The position numbers and the translations under genes were made by a program. Shown here piece by piece: positions 54,363 through 63,916 of a DNA stretch of 64,000 nucleotides. The notes below the pieces were generated by a model. The model did not search any database. It worked only from the letters and a program-made list of their open reading frames with translations, and was not told where the DNA came from. This stretch comes from an uncultured Dehalococcoidia bacterium (GTDB lineage Bacteria; Chloroflexota; Dehalococcoidia; Lucifugimonadales; UBA1123). Within the stretch, counting starts at the first letter, position 1. The number at the start of each line of letters is the position of its first letter. The stretch spans positions 4,360 through 68,359 of the forward strand of contig CAZXFX010000010.1 of the NCBI GenBank assembly GCA_964640295.1. Direction: 5' to 3'.

Positions 54363-54716
54363 TCATATAAGCATATCCACCCGGCTCAAACCACCTTTGA
54401 CAGGATCTACCGTGAAGCCCAATACCTCAAGGGCTGTGACTCCCAGTATCGGAGTATCCTCCTCATCCCCAAACACCACCGTCACCCCAGCGAATTCATC
54501 CTCGTAGCCCATGTACGCCGTTCCAACATCACGAGTAACTATCCCTCCGAACCCCTGAAACCCGCGCCTGACCCTCCTCTCGATTCCCAGTCGCTCCAGC
54601 GTACTAGCGGGAAACACGCTCAGCGTCGCGCCCGTATCCACCAGCGCTCGAATACTTTCGCTCACATCCAGGTTTGCCAGGTTCGATACATCTACGTTGA
54701 CATGAATAGATCCCAT
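54363..54716 (-). CDS. retropepsin-like (clan AA) aspartic protease
   Basis: 117 aa. Catalytic D-T-G in ALVDTGATLSVFP; C-terminal ILGVTALE flap-like region. Confidence 0.7.
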   Translation of the reverse strand: MGSIHVNVDVSNLANLDVSESIRALVDTGATLSVFPASTLERLGIERRVRRGFQGFGGIVTRDVGTAYMGYEDEFAGVTVVFGDEEDTPILGVTALEVLGFTVDPVKGGLSRVDMLI

Positions 54717-55088
54717 CTACGGCAGTCTCGTCGCGTGCCAGGAAGTCATCCGCCAATCGCCGTCGTCATTGACGTACACGACGGTGTACTCCAGCGAAAA
54801 GTGATTCCCGTTCACGTGAACGTGCGCCCCACCTCTCACTATCGCCGAATCGCTATACACTCTCACTGAACGCTCAGCGGTTGGCGTGATGGACTCGTAG
54901 TTGAGCCTGCCAGACGCCAGCCCGCTCGTCAGGCTCTCTTTGGTGTCTATCGCCGCGGTGGTGTGGACATAGCTCAGATCGTCCGCCAATATCCTGTCGA
55001 GCGCGTCAACGTCCGCGCCCACCATAGCGGCCAAGCGCTCTTTTTCCAGTCCTACGATCGTCGCTTCCAGATTTTGCGTCACAGTCAT
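54717..55088 (-). CDS. SnoaL/NTF2-like (DUF4440-like) protein
   Basis: 123 aa. The alpha+beta cone pattern and the C-terminal W..TSWHATR are typical of the family. Confidence 0.6.
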   Translation of the reverse strand: MTVTQNLEATIVGLEKERLAAMVGADVDALDRILADDLSYVHTTAAIDTKESLTSGLASGRLNYESITPTAERSVRVYSDSAIVRGGAHVHVNGNHFSLEYTVVYVNDDGDWRMTSWHATRLP

Positions 55089-55181
55089 CGTCGCTCCTTC
55101 AGGAATGTTGAGGTTTCAGAACTGACAAGTTCTGCCGATAACTGTAAACTAACTGTTGCAAACTGACAACGGAGGAGCGTC

Positions 55182-55850
55182 ATGGCCAATAAGAAAGGTA
55201 CCGGACTGCTAATGGTCTGGTGCGAAGTTCCGGCGGACATCGAGGACGAGTTCAACCGCTGGTACAACGAAGAGCATATCGAAGAGCGGCTGTCCATAAC
55301 CGGCGTCCTGAGCGCGGCGCGATACGAGGCGGCAGTCAGCGGACCCAAGCACCTGGCGGTCTATGAACTGGAGAGTTCCGCCGTCATGGAATCGGACGAA
55401 TACCTGAAAGTTCGCTCGAACCCGACGGAGTGGTCGAAGCGAATGTCGCCCGAATACACCGCGACCACCTACATTCGCAACGTGTACCAGATGATTCATC
55501 CCGACAAGCTAACCGACGAGATTGCCAACAGCCCCATGGCTCCCGCGCTCCAGATAGGCAGAATGGATATCCCCGCCGGCGTTGAAGATGAATGGAACCA
55601 CTGGTACGACACCGTTTACGTGCCCAACTACGAGACCGTGGAGGGCGTAAGGCGCGGACGACGCTACACCGCGACAGTCGGCGACCCGAAGTACCTGACG
55701 ATGTACGAATTCGATCATACCGACGTGTCCAAGGGCGAAGCATGGCTCAGACAGCAGACCGCGCACCCCGACAACGCCCGTATGCGCGAGGCGATGATCC
55801 ACCTGCCCGAATCTCCTGGCGTCTGGCGCAAGACTTTCGAGCTTGGATAG
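55182..55850 (+). CDS. hypothetical protein with two ferredoxin-like (EthD/DUF4286-like) halves
   Basis: Internal duplication is visible: (VPADIEDEFNRWYNEEHI...LAVYELES) and (IPAGVEDEWNHWYDTVYV...LTMYEFDH). Confidence 0.5.
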   Translation: MANKKGTGLLMVWCEVPADIEDEFNRWYNEEHIEERLSITGVLSAARYEAAVSGPKHLAVYELESSAVMESDEYLKVRSNPTEWSKRMSPEYTATTYIRNVYQMIHPDKLTDEIANSPMAPALQIGRMDIPAGVEDEWNHWYDTVYVPNYETVEGVRRGRRYTATVGDPKYLTMYEFDHTDVSKGEAWLRQQTAHPDNARMREAMIHLPESPGVWRKTFELG

Positions 55851-55856
55851 CCCAAC

Positions 55857-57815
55857 TTGAACCCAGAGGTGAGCAAAATGCCGACCGCCGCTCCTTACGG
55901 CTCTTGGAAGTCGCCAATAACGCCAGACATGGTAACGCAGAATTCGGTTCGCCTCGGGCCGATAACGTTGGATGGCGACGACATCTATTGGGTCGAAGAG
56001 AGACCGCAAGACGGCGCCAGAAATGTAGTCGTCAAGAGGTCGTCCAACGGAACGACTCAGGACATCACGCCGGCCCCCTACAATGTCCGCACCCGCGTCC
56101 ACGAGTACGGCGGCCTCTGCTTCTGGGTGTCGGAAGGGACGCTGCTGTTCTCCAACTTCTCGGACGGTCGAGTCTATCGTCAAGAACCGAACAGCGACCC
56201 GATCCCCATCACTCCGGAGGGAGCCGACCTGCGCTACGCCGACGGCATGATTGACCGCGCGCGCAACCGCCTGATATGCGTCCGAGAAGACCATCGCGAT
56301 TCAGACCAAGATTGCGCCAACGAGATAGTCGCGCTCAATATGAACGGATATGGCGAAGGCGATGTTCTGGTATCCGGCAACGACTTCTACGGCTACCCGT
56401 CTGTCAGCCCGAATGGGACCGCTATCTCATGGCTGTCCTGGAATCATCCGAATATGCCATGGAACAGCTCAGAGCTATGGACCGCGGCTATCCTCGCGGA
56501 CGGGTCGCTCGGAGAGCGCCGCAAGATAGCGGGAATGCCCGGCGAGTCCATATTCCAGCCAGAATGGTCGCCCGACGGCATTCTCTATTTCGTCTCCGAC
56601 CGCACTGGCTGGTGGAACTTGTATCGTTCGAAAGACGGCCACATAGAAGCGCTGGCCCCCATGATGGCGGAGTTCGGAAAGCCCGGATGGGCGCTCGGAT
56701 CGCGCGCCTATGCGTTCGAGTCCGCGAATCGCATCGTATGCGAGTATGTCGAGAATGGTTCATGGAAACTCGCCTCGCTCAATACCCATACTATGGAATT
56801 CAGCCCCGTAGATATCCCCTACACTGAAATGTCGCGCGGCGACATAAGAGCCCGCAAAGGATGCGTCGTTCTGGAAGCGGGCTCGGCAAGCCTCCCTGAC
56901 GCGCTACTGTCCCTGAACCCGGATACGGGCGAGATAAGCCTCATCAGGGAGTCCCGCGCGATTCCAGTGGACGAGGGCTACATATCAATGCCCCAGCCTA
57001 TTGAGTTCGAGACGGACGGCGGACTCACCGCCCACGCCTTCTACTATCCTGCCAAGAATTCTGACTATGAAGGCGCCAAGGGCGAAAAGCCCCCGCTGCT
57101 GGTAATCAGCCACGGCGGACCCACCGGCTCGGCCATGACATCCTTCAGCCTGTCCTACCAGTTCTGGACAAGCCGCGGCATTGCTATCGTGGATGTGAAC
57201 TATGGCGGCAGCACAGGCTACGGAACGCAGTACAGAAGGCGACTGAACGGCCAATGGGGCGTCGTTGACATCGCGGACTGCGTGAACGCGGCTCTGCATC
57301 TGGTGGACGCGGGCGAGGTTGACGGTGAGCGACTTATGATTCGAGGCGGAAGCGCGGGAGGATACACGACGCTCGCGGCGCTCACTTTCAGGGACGTGTT
57401 CAGAGTCGGCGCGAGCTACTATGGAGTGAGCGATCTGGGCGCGCTGGCGGAGCATACGCACAAGTTCGAGTCCCGCTACATGGACTCGATGGTAGGGCCG
57501 TACCCCGAGAGCCGCGACCTGTACGAAGAACGTTCGCCCATTCACCACACAGACAAACTGTCATGTCCCATCATCCTGTTCCAGGGCACGGAGGACAAGG
57601 TCGTACCCCCTCCGCAATCCGAAATGATGCTGGAGGCCCTACAACAGAAAGGGCTGCCCGTGGCGTATATCTCCTTCGAGGGCGAGGGACACGGCTTCAG
57701 GGACTCACAAAACGTGAAGCGCTCGCTGGAAGCCGAACTCTACTTCTACTCGCGCATACTCAGCTTCACTCTGGCCGACGATATAGAACCAGTCGAGATA
57801 CAGAACCTGAACTGA
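55857..57815 (+). CDS. S9 family serine peptidase (prolyl oligopeptidase/acylaminoacyl peptidase-like)
   Basis: N-terminal beta-propeller. Nucleophile GGSAGGY; C-terminal Asp/His region (GTEDKVV...GEGHGF). The start could be ATG 55878. Confidence 0.85.
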   Translation: MNPEVSKMPTAAPYGSWKSPITPDMVTQNSVRLGPITLDGDDIYWVEERPQDGARNVVVKRSSNGTTQDITPAPYNVRTRVHEYGGLCFWVSEGTLLFSNFSDGRVYRQEPNSDPIPITPEGADLRYADGMIDRARNRLICVREDHRDSDQDCANEIVALNMNGYGEGDVLVSGNDFYGYPSVSPNGTAISWLSWNHPNMPWNSSELWTAAILADGSLGERRKIAGMPGESIFQPEWSPDGILYFVSDRTGWWNLYRSKDGHIEALAPMMAEFGKPGWALGSRAYAFESANRIVCEYVENGSWKLASLNTHTMEFSPVDIPYTEMSRGDIRARKGCVVLEAGSASLPDALLSLNPDTGEISLIRESRAIPVDEGYISMPQPIEFETDGGLTAHAFYYPAKNSDYEGAKGEKPPLLVISHGGPTGSAMTSFSLSYQFWTSRGIAIVDVNYGGSTGYGTQYRRRLNGQWGVVDIADCVNAALHLVDAGEVDGERLMIRGGSAGGYTTLAALTFRDVFRVGASYYGVSDLGALAEHTHKFESRYMDSMVGPYPESRDLYEERSPIHHTDKLSCPIILFQGTEDKVVPPPQSEMMLEALQQKGLPVAYISFEGEGHGFRDSQNVKRSLEAELYFYSRILSFTLADDIEPVEIQNLN

Positions 57816-57980
57816 CAAGGTCTCTTGAAGCGCCTCCTCAGTCTAGAGTGACCCGTCTCCCCGGATCAGCCCAGGCGTCTCCCCGAGCATGGCTCCCCCA
57901 GAAGCGCGCTTCCAGTTCCATGTCGTCCACGTCCAGAGTGACGGAAGCGGTCTCTAATACAACACGTTTGCTCATCATGC

Positions 57981-58934
57981 TCACCCCGAAATTACCCGAA
58001 CCGGATTCCCAGACAGAAACGCCGCTATATTCTCCACTGCGTCGCGGTAGAAGATGCGATAGGTCTCGACGGTCACGTAGCCCAGGTGCGGCGTCAGAAC
58101 TGTATTGGGCAGATTCCGCAGCTTATGGTCGAGCGGGAGCGGCTCTATGTCGAATACGTCCAGACCCGCGCCCGCTATCGTCCCCGACTCCAGCGCCGCA
58201 ACCAGAGCGGATTCATCCACAATCGGGCCGCGAGAGGTGTTGACCAGGTAGGCCGACTTCTTCATCAGCGACAATTCCCGCTCGCCCAGCAAGCCGCGAG
58301 TCCTTTCGCTCAGTACCAAGTGTATAGTGACAAAATCCGATTCCGTAAGCAACTCGTCTTTAGATACAAGCCGCGCTCCAAATTCAGCCGCGCGTTCGGC
58401 GACGAGGTTCTGACTCCACGCGACAAGGTTCATTCCAAACGCCGCGCCTATCCGCGCCACCTGGGATCCCAGTCTGCCAAGCCCAATAACTCCAAGCGTC
58501 TTCCCCTGAAGTCCTTCTCCCACAGTTACTTGCCACTCGCCCGCCCGAGTCGCTGCGTCCTCAGTTGGAACTTTCCGCGCCAGCGCGAGGATGAGCCCCC
58601 AAGTAAGTTCCGCGGTTGGGTATGGAAGTCCGTCAGTCCCAGATACCACAACGCCGCTTTCGGTCGCCGCCGCCATGTCTATCGAGGCGTTTCTCATTCC
58701 GGTGGTGACAAGCAATCTCAGATTGGGCAGCCGCAAGAATAGAGACCGCTGAAAAGGCGTCCGCTCACGCATCGCCACCACGATTTCATAAGGCTCCAGT
58801 CTCATAACCAGGTCGTCTTCATCTGAAAGGTGGTCCCCATAGAAGTCCACGGACACATCCGGCGGCAGAGAACTCCACGCCGCCATCTCTCGCGCAACGT
58901 TCTGATAGTCATCCAGTACAGCTACTCTCGACAT
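57981..58934 (-). CDS. D-isomer-specific 2-hydroxyacid dehydrogenase
   Basis: NAD-binding GVIGLGRLG; catalytic-region R/E/H pattern (NTSRGPIVD, PHLGY). Confidence 0.85.
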   Translation of the reverse strand: MSRVAVLDDYQNVAREMAAWSSLPPDVSVDFYGDHLSDEDDLVMRLEPYEIVVAMRERTPFQRSLFLRLPNLRLLVTTGMRNASIDMAAATESGVVVSGTDGLPYPTAELTWGLILALARKVPTEDAATRAGEWQVTVGEGLQGKTLGVIGLGRLGSQVARIGAAFGMNLVAWSQNLVAERAAEFGARLVSKDELLTESDFVTIHLVLSERTRGLLGERELSLMKKSAYLVNTSRGPIVDESALVAALESGTIAGAGLDVFDIEPLPLDHKLRNLPNTVLTPHLGYVTVETYRIFYRDAVENIAAFLSGNPVRVISG

Positions 58935-59168
58935 CGGATAGACCTCCTCGAATCCCGCCCCCTCTAACCTGCGGGCTCGCTTCTATCTGCTCTCCGGCAT
59001 GGTATTCAGCCTCAGTCTGAAATATATCACATCGCCTCCCCAAATCTTGCCCCGCAACGCTTTCAGCCACTAAATCCCCCCTTTTCACCCTCCGCCTCGC
59101 TATGCTACAGTTCACACGGCAAGAACATAAGTGCGCTTGCTATTGTCAAGGATTCGTAAACGAACCTA

Positions 59169-59237
59169 CAACCGGCAAAAAAACTTCACATACAGGTAAA
59201 TACAGGTGTTTGCAGGTCAAATGCAGGCGCCAGACCC
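59169..59237 (+). promoter_or_regulatory. element E1 (copy 2)
   Basis: CAACCGGCAAAAAAACTTCACATACAGGTAAATACAGGTGTTTGCAGGTCAAATGCAGGCGCCAGACCC. Lies ~50 bp upstream of the TTGACC-N18-TATAAT promoter at 59286-59315. Confidence 0.6.
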
Positions 59238-59285
59238 TTCCTGAAGGCCGCCTGTGACACGTCTGCGGCGCGCGTACTCGAAAGT

Positions 59286-59315
59286 TTGACCGCCGTCCAA
59301 AGACGAATCTATAAT
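59286..59315 (+). promoter_or_regulatory. sigma70-like promoter for the HpcH aldolase gene
   Basis: TTGACC (59286-59291), 18-nt spacer, TATAAT (59310-59315), about 60 nt upstream of the CDS. Confidence 0.45.
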
Positions 59316-59375
59316 TGCCCCACTCAGAATCCCGGGTAGGGACTCGAATAAACCCACTAAAAAAGAGGTGTCACA

Positions 59376-60134
59376 TTGGCGTCCATGCGAGAAAACAGAG
59401 TCAAGACTAAACTCAATAACGGCGAGGTATCGGTGGTTCTCTCCGGCCACATGACCCCAGACATAGTGGACTGGCTCGGACCTCTAGGCTTCGACGGTAT
59501 CTGGATCGAGGGCGAACACGGGCCTGTGGACTTCAAGGACATCCCCGACCTCACCAGAGCGGCGGATCTGTGGGGAATGAGCTCGGTCGTAAGAGTGAAT
59601 CTAAACATTCCGGGCGTAATCTACCGAACTCTGGACGTCGGAGCGCAGGGCATCGTCGTGCCTCATGTGAACAACAAACAAGAGGCGGAAGCCGTGGTCA
59701 ATGCGGGCAAGTTCGCGCCCATCGGCGAACGCGGCATGTACGGCAGCCGACAGAGCTACGGCGTGGATGACTACTTCGCCGAAGCCAACGACCAGAGCCT
59801 GCTCATCGTCCTCATAGAAGACATCGTCGCCGTCAATAATCTGGACGAAATTCTGACGGTGGACAACATTGACGTCTTCTTCGTCGCGCCCAGCGACCTC
59901 GCCCAGTCTATGGGGTACATCGGTCAGTTGAGCCACCCCGAAGTCACCGGAGTGATAGACGGCGCGCTCGCCAAGATAGCCGCCGCCGGACGCAACCCGG
60001 GCGCGCTCGCCACGGACGCGAACGTCGAGTCCTACATCGAAAAAGGCGTCAAGTTCATGATGACCGGCTGGCCCGCCTGGGCTCAGGCCGGCGCTGAAAC
60101 GTTCAAGAGCAAGGTGGAAGCGGCGTCTTCCTGA
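59376..60134 (+). CDS. HpcH/HpaI family aldolase (second copy)
   Basis: GFDGIWIEGEHG, IEDIVAVNNLDEI, APSDLAQSMG. Start is TTG 59376 or ATG 59385. Confidence 0.8.
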   Translation: MASMRENRVKTKLNNGEVSVVLSGHMTPDIVDWLGPLGFDGIWIEGEHGPVDFKDIPDLTRAADLWGMSSVVRVNLNIPGVIYRTLDVGAQGIVVPHVNNKQEAEAVVNAGKFAPIGERGMYGSRQSYGVDDYFAEANDQSLLIVLIEDIVAVNNLDEILTVDNIDVFFVAPSDLAQSMGYIGQLSHPEVTGVIDGALAKIAAAGRNPGALATDANVESYIEKGVKFMMTGWPAWAQAGAETFKSKVEAASS

Positions 60135-60181
60135 CCCCAAACAGGTAAGGGCTTTCCAAAGTAATGGGGACCGCAGCCTCC

Positions 60182-60213
60182 CGTTCGCTCATCCTGAGCC
60201 TGTCGAAGGATAG
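60182..60213 (+). repeat. repeat family R2 hairpin (CGTTCG..TCCTGAGCYTGTCGAAGGA), copy 1
   Basis: CGTTCGCTCATCCTGAGCCTGTCGAAGGATAG. Stem ATCCT/AGGAT around the loop GAGCCTGTCGA. Confidence 0.7.
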
Positions 60214-60283
60214 GCCCATAATTAAAAAGATTTGCGCAAACTTTGAAAGCCCTACCCAGGGTCTCATTCGATTATCCAAGAAT

Positions 60284-60310
60284 CGTTCGTCCTGAGCTTG
60301 TCGAAGGACG
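60284..60310 (+). repeat. repeat family R2 hairpin, copy 2
   Basis: CGTTCGTCCTGAGCTTGTCGAAGGACG. Stem CGTCCT/AGGACG, with a compensatory A:T to G:C change relative to copy 1. Confidence 0.7.
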
Positions 60311-60385
60311 CCTGTCAGTCAGTTCGCAGTCATCTTGTAGAATAACCGAAAGACCCTGAAGCCCTGCCACAAATAGTGGGCGGCG

Positions 60386-60862
60386 TCAGGCAACCGACGC
60401 GGCCCGCAGCCTATCCAGTTCAAGCTTGCCCATAGTGAGCATCTCTTCCATGACCGCCGTCGGAGCTTTCTCCAATAGCTGGAACAGATCCGCCGGAATC
60501 ACCTGCCAGTGCACCCCGAACTTGTCCTTGATCCATCCACTCTGGATCGGAACGCCGCCGTCGGAGAAGCCATCCCAGAAGTGGTCTATCTCTTCCTGCG
60601 AGTCGCAGGCGATGACTAACGACAGAGCGGGCGTAAATTCGTATGGGGGAATGCCGTCGAAAGCGCTGAACGTCTGCCCCTCCAGCTCGAATTCCGCCAG
60701 CCCCGAACCCTTGGCGGGTCCAGTCGTGAATTCAGTCGCGCTGACAATACGCGAATTGGGAAACAGCGAAGTGTAGAACTCGGCGGCTTCAATGGCTTTC
60801 CCATCGAGCCAAAAGGACGGGCTTATCTTGGATTGGACACTAATTGTCATTCGTTTCACCAT
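60386..60862 (-). CDS. VOC/PhnB-like (3-demethylubiquinone methyltransferase-domain) protein
   Basis: 158 aa. FYTSLFPNS...CDSQEEIDHFW...GWIKDKFGVHWQV is typical of the PhnB/YjdN-like family. Confidence 0.7.
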   Translation of the reverse strand: MVKRMTISVQSKISPSFWLDGKAIEAAEFYTSLFPNSRIVSATEFTTGPAKGSGLAEFELEGQTFSAFDGIPPYEFTPALSLVIACDSQEEIDHFWDGFSDGGVPIQSGWIKDKFGVHWQVIPADLFQLLEKAPTAVMEEMLTMGKLELDRLRAASVA

Positions 60863-61044
60863 CCGTTAGCAGTAAATATGGCTGGTATTCTTAGCATGTA
60901 TGGATATTCGCTTCGTCGTAAGCCATCGCGTACTATGAATACCAATATGGTTATGTTATCGGGGTCAAGTACAACGATAATCATTTTAACGAGCCATGAG
61001 GCGAACATACAATTCGGGCTGATGTCTAAAAGGAGCGATTTAGG

Positions 61045-62301
61045 ATGTCCAACATCTCCAGCCTGATCGAGTCGCGCTTGGCGTCCGATATTGTCGCGAG
61101 CCTCCGCGCAGTTGCGATGGTGGCTGAAGAATACGAGACGAAGCCGTACTTGGTCGGCGGACTGGTCCGCGACCTCATAGTCGGCGCTTCAGCGTCGCCC
61201 GACTTGGACATCGCCTTGGTCGGAGCGACAGCCGATACTTTCGACGACATAGCCCGTCGCGTGTCCGGCGAAATCACCAAGAGATCGCAATTCAACACCG
61301 TTTCCATGAAAGTCGGACCATCCCGCTTCGACATCATCATGGCGCGCTCCGAGAGCTACCCCACGCCAGGAAGCCTGCCCGTCGTTCGACCAGGCTCAAT
61401 CCTGGAGGACCTCGCCAGGCGCGATTTCTCTGTAAACGCGATGGCGGCATCGCTGTCCGAAACCAACTGGGGGAATCTGACAGACCCACAGGGCGGACTT
61501 GCGGACCTGCGAGAAGGAACGCTGCGAATGCTGCAGCCAAACAGCTTTCAAGATGACGCCACCAGGATTCTGAGAGCGGCGCGGTACTCCAGCCGCCTCG
61601 CGCTCGCTCTCTCCCCCGAAACAGAGCGCGCGCTGCTACAATCGGTCGAATGCCTCCGCCGCATTTCGCCTGCCAGAACGCGCAATGAACTGGAACGCGT
61701 CTTTCTGGAAAAGAACGCCGCCGCCGCGCTTGGACTGCTCCATGAATGGCGCGCGCTGACCGCCATTCATCCGTCCCTAAGATACAATGCGCCCGCATGG
61801 AAGCTATTCGACGAAAGGGCGCGTTCTCTCCCTGAACGCGAACGGGTCGCCGTCGGCTACGCCATATTCGGGAGCGGCGTTTCCAAGACGGAATCGGACG
61901 CCATTCTATCCCGCCTCAGACCCGGTTACTCAGAGCGACGCGCGCTAAGGGAATCCGCCTCTCTTAGCGAGATGATTTCGGACGGCGCGCTCGATGGGAT
62001 GTCGAACAGCGAACTCTCCCAGACCCTGGACCCCCTTTCAGATAACGGAATCATCGGCTGTTCTCTCACGATAGCGACAAATCCGTTAGCGAAACGCCTC
62101 GAAGAGTATCTCCACTGTCTCAAGACGATCAAGCCCATACTCAAAGGAAACGACATCATCGCGCTCGGCGTGGAGCGCGGCCCAGATGTCGGAAAGACGC
62201 TTGCGCGCCTACGCGCCGCCAAACAAGACGGCCTGCTCAAGAACAAAGCGGAGGAAGAGGCTTTCGTTCTGGCAAGATTGAAAGCCTCTCGTGAGCGCTA
62301 G
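61045..62301 (+). CDS. CCA tRNA nucleotidyltransferase / poly(A) polymerase head-domain protein
   Basis: GGLVRDLIVG and DLDIAL (DxD); RDFSVNAMA motif. Confidence 0.75.
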   Translation: MSNISSLIESRLASDIVASLRAVAMVAEEYETKPYLVGGLVRDLIVGASASPDLDIALVGATADTFDDIARRVSGEITKRSQFNTVSMKVGPSRFDIIMARSESYPTPGSLPVVRPGSILEDLARRDFSVNAMAASLSETNWGNLTDPQGGLADLREGTLRMLQPNSFQDDATRILRAARYSSRLALALSPETERALLQSVECLRRISPARTRNELERVFLEKNAAAALGLLHEWRALTAIHPSLRYNAPAWKLFDERARSLPERERVAVGYAIFGSGVSKTESDAILSRLRPGYSERRALRESASLSEMISDGALDGMSNSELSQTLDPLSDNGIIGCSLTIATNPLAKRLEEYLHCLKTIKPILKGNDIIALGVERGPDVGKTLARLRAAKQDGLLKNKAEEEAFVLARLKASRER

Positions 62302-63743
62302 CCCAGCGCGACGCCCGATCCGAGTCCCGGTTCGGTCATCCCGGACGGATCGAGTATTTCGTCAAGCTCACCCGATGACAGATCGGTCTTGACGAGCGCC
62401 ACTTCCTTGACGGTCCGGCCCGTAGCCTGCGCCTCCTTGGCGATGTCCGCCGAAGCGTCGTATCCAATATGCGGAACCAGAGTGGTGACTATCGCCAGCC
62501 CCCTGTCAACCATGTCAGGACCTGCGGACGTCGCCTCCAGTCCTCGGACACACTGCCTGGCCAGGTTACGCGCCGAGGCGGCAAGCAGATCTATGGACTG
62601 AAGTAGATTGTACGCCGCCACTGGCATCATCACGTTGATCTCGAAGTTGCCCGACTGTCCGGCAACCGCGATAGTCGCGTCGTTCCCAATCACCTGCGCC
62701 GCCACCTGGCACACCGACTCGGGTATTACCGGGTTGACCTTGCCCGGCATTATCGAACTGCCCGGCTGAACTTCGGGCAGCATTATCTCCCCAACGCCGG
62801 CGCGCGGCCCCGAGCCCAGCCATCTAATGTCATTGCTTATCTTCATCAGGCTTACCGCCACCGTCTTCAACGCGCCGCTCGCGGCTACGATGTTGTCCAG
62901 ACTGCTCTGCGCCTGGAAATGGTTCGTCGTCTCTCTTATCTCCACGCCCAGAGACTCCGACAGCCGCGCGCAAACCCTGGACGCGAACTCCGGATGCGTA
63001 TTCACGCCCGTTCCAACCGCCGTGCCCCCCAGCGCCACTTCTCCCAACTCTCTCTCCGCCTCTCTCAGACGCGAGACGCCGCGCTCTATCTGCCCCGCGT
63101 GCCCAAGGAATTCCTGCCCCAGCCGCACAGGAGTGGCGTCCTGAAGATGAGTGCGTCCCGTCTTTATGATTGGCATGAACTCATCCGCCTTAGCGTCGAG
63201 GTCGTCTTTGAGTTCCTCCAGCGCCGGAATCAATTCGTCGTGTATCGCCTTCAGCGCGGCAATATGTATCGCGGTCGGAATGACATCGTTCGATGACTGA
63301 CCAATGTTCACATGATCGTTGGGATGAACCGGCGATCGCGACCCCTTCGCCCCGCCAAGATTCTCTATCGCCCTGTTGGAAATGACCTCGTTGGCGTTCA
63401 TATTGGTGGATGTGCCCGACCCGGTCTGGAATATGTCCACCACGAACTGGTCGTCCAAGGCGCCGTCCGCCACCTGGTTCGCAGCGACGACTATCGCCTC
63501 GGATATATCGTCCGCCAGCAGTCCAAGTTCGTTATTGACCTGGGCGGCGGCGAGCTTGATAGAGGCTATGGCGTAGATGAAAGATCGCCCGAACCTGAGA
63601 TCGCTAATCGGAAAGTTGAGAACGGCCCGCATCGTGTTGGCGCCGTAGTAGGCGTCCGCCGGCACATTGAACTCGCCCATGGAGTCGCGTTCGAGCCTGT
63701 ATTCCTGTGAGTCTGACACTTTATCGCTCCTGACTGCTGTCAA
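62298..63743 (-). CDS. aspA: aspartate ammonia-lyase (class II fumarase/aspartase family)
   Basis: Signature GSSIMPGKVNPVIPE; the V-I-P-E tail favours aspartase over FumC. TGSGTSTNMNANEV. TTG start. Confidence 0.75.
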   Translation of the reverse strand: MTAVRSDKVSDSQEYRLERDSMGEFNVPADAYYGANTMRAVLNFPISDLRFGRSFIYAIASIKLAAAQVNNELGLLADDISEAIVVAANQVADGALDDQFVVDIFQTGSGTSTNMNANEVISNRAIENLGGAKGSRSPVHPNDHVNIGQSSNDVIPTAIHIAALKAIHDELIPALEELKDDLDAKADEFMPIIKTGRTHLQDATPVRLGQEFLGHAGQIERGVSRLREAERELGEVALGGTAVGTGVNTHPEFASRVCARLSESLGVEIRETTNHFQAQSSLDNIVAASGALKTVAVSLMKISNDIRWLGSGPRAGVGEIMLPEVQPGSSIMPGKVNPVIPESVCQVAAQVIGNDATIAVAGQSGNFEINVMMPVAAYNLLQSIDLLAASARNLARQCVRGLEATSAGPDMVDRGLAIVTTLVPHIGYDASADIAKEAQATGRTVKEVALVKTDLSSGELDEILDPSGMTEPGLGSGVALG

Positions 63744-63916
63744 TAGGTGAGGTTTATCGTCTGCAAGAACAGTTTACCAGCGCAGAGGCCCAGTTGTCGC
63801 AACCGCTTTCCGGGCGCTGACAATGCCGGCGAAACGCTATAAACTAACCACCGTCACCCTATACGGAACATCCGCTCCGCCAACTCGGAACTGAAGAACA
63901 ACCCAAGGAGACCCCT

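Noticed and set aside
57840-57978. 46-codon minus-strand ORF starting 2 nt after the 2-hydroxyacid dehydrogenase stop (MMSKRVVLETASVTLDVDDMELEARFWG...), which looks like the first beta-alpha-beta of a VOC domain.
   Set aside because: It is too short to form a VOC fold, and there is no room for the rest before the convergent peptidase gene. It is probably a gene remnant or a chance ORF, and I cannot support it as a feature.
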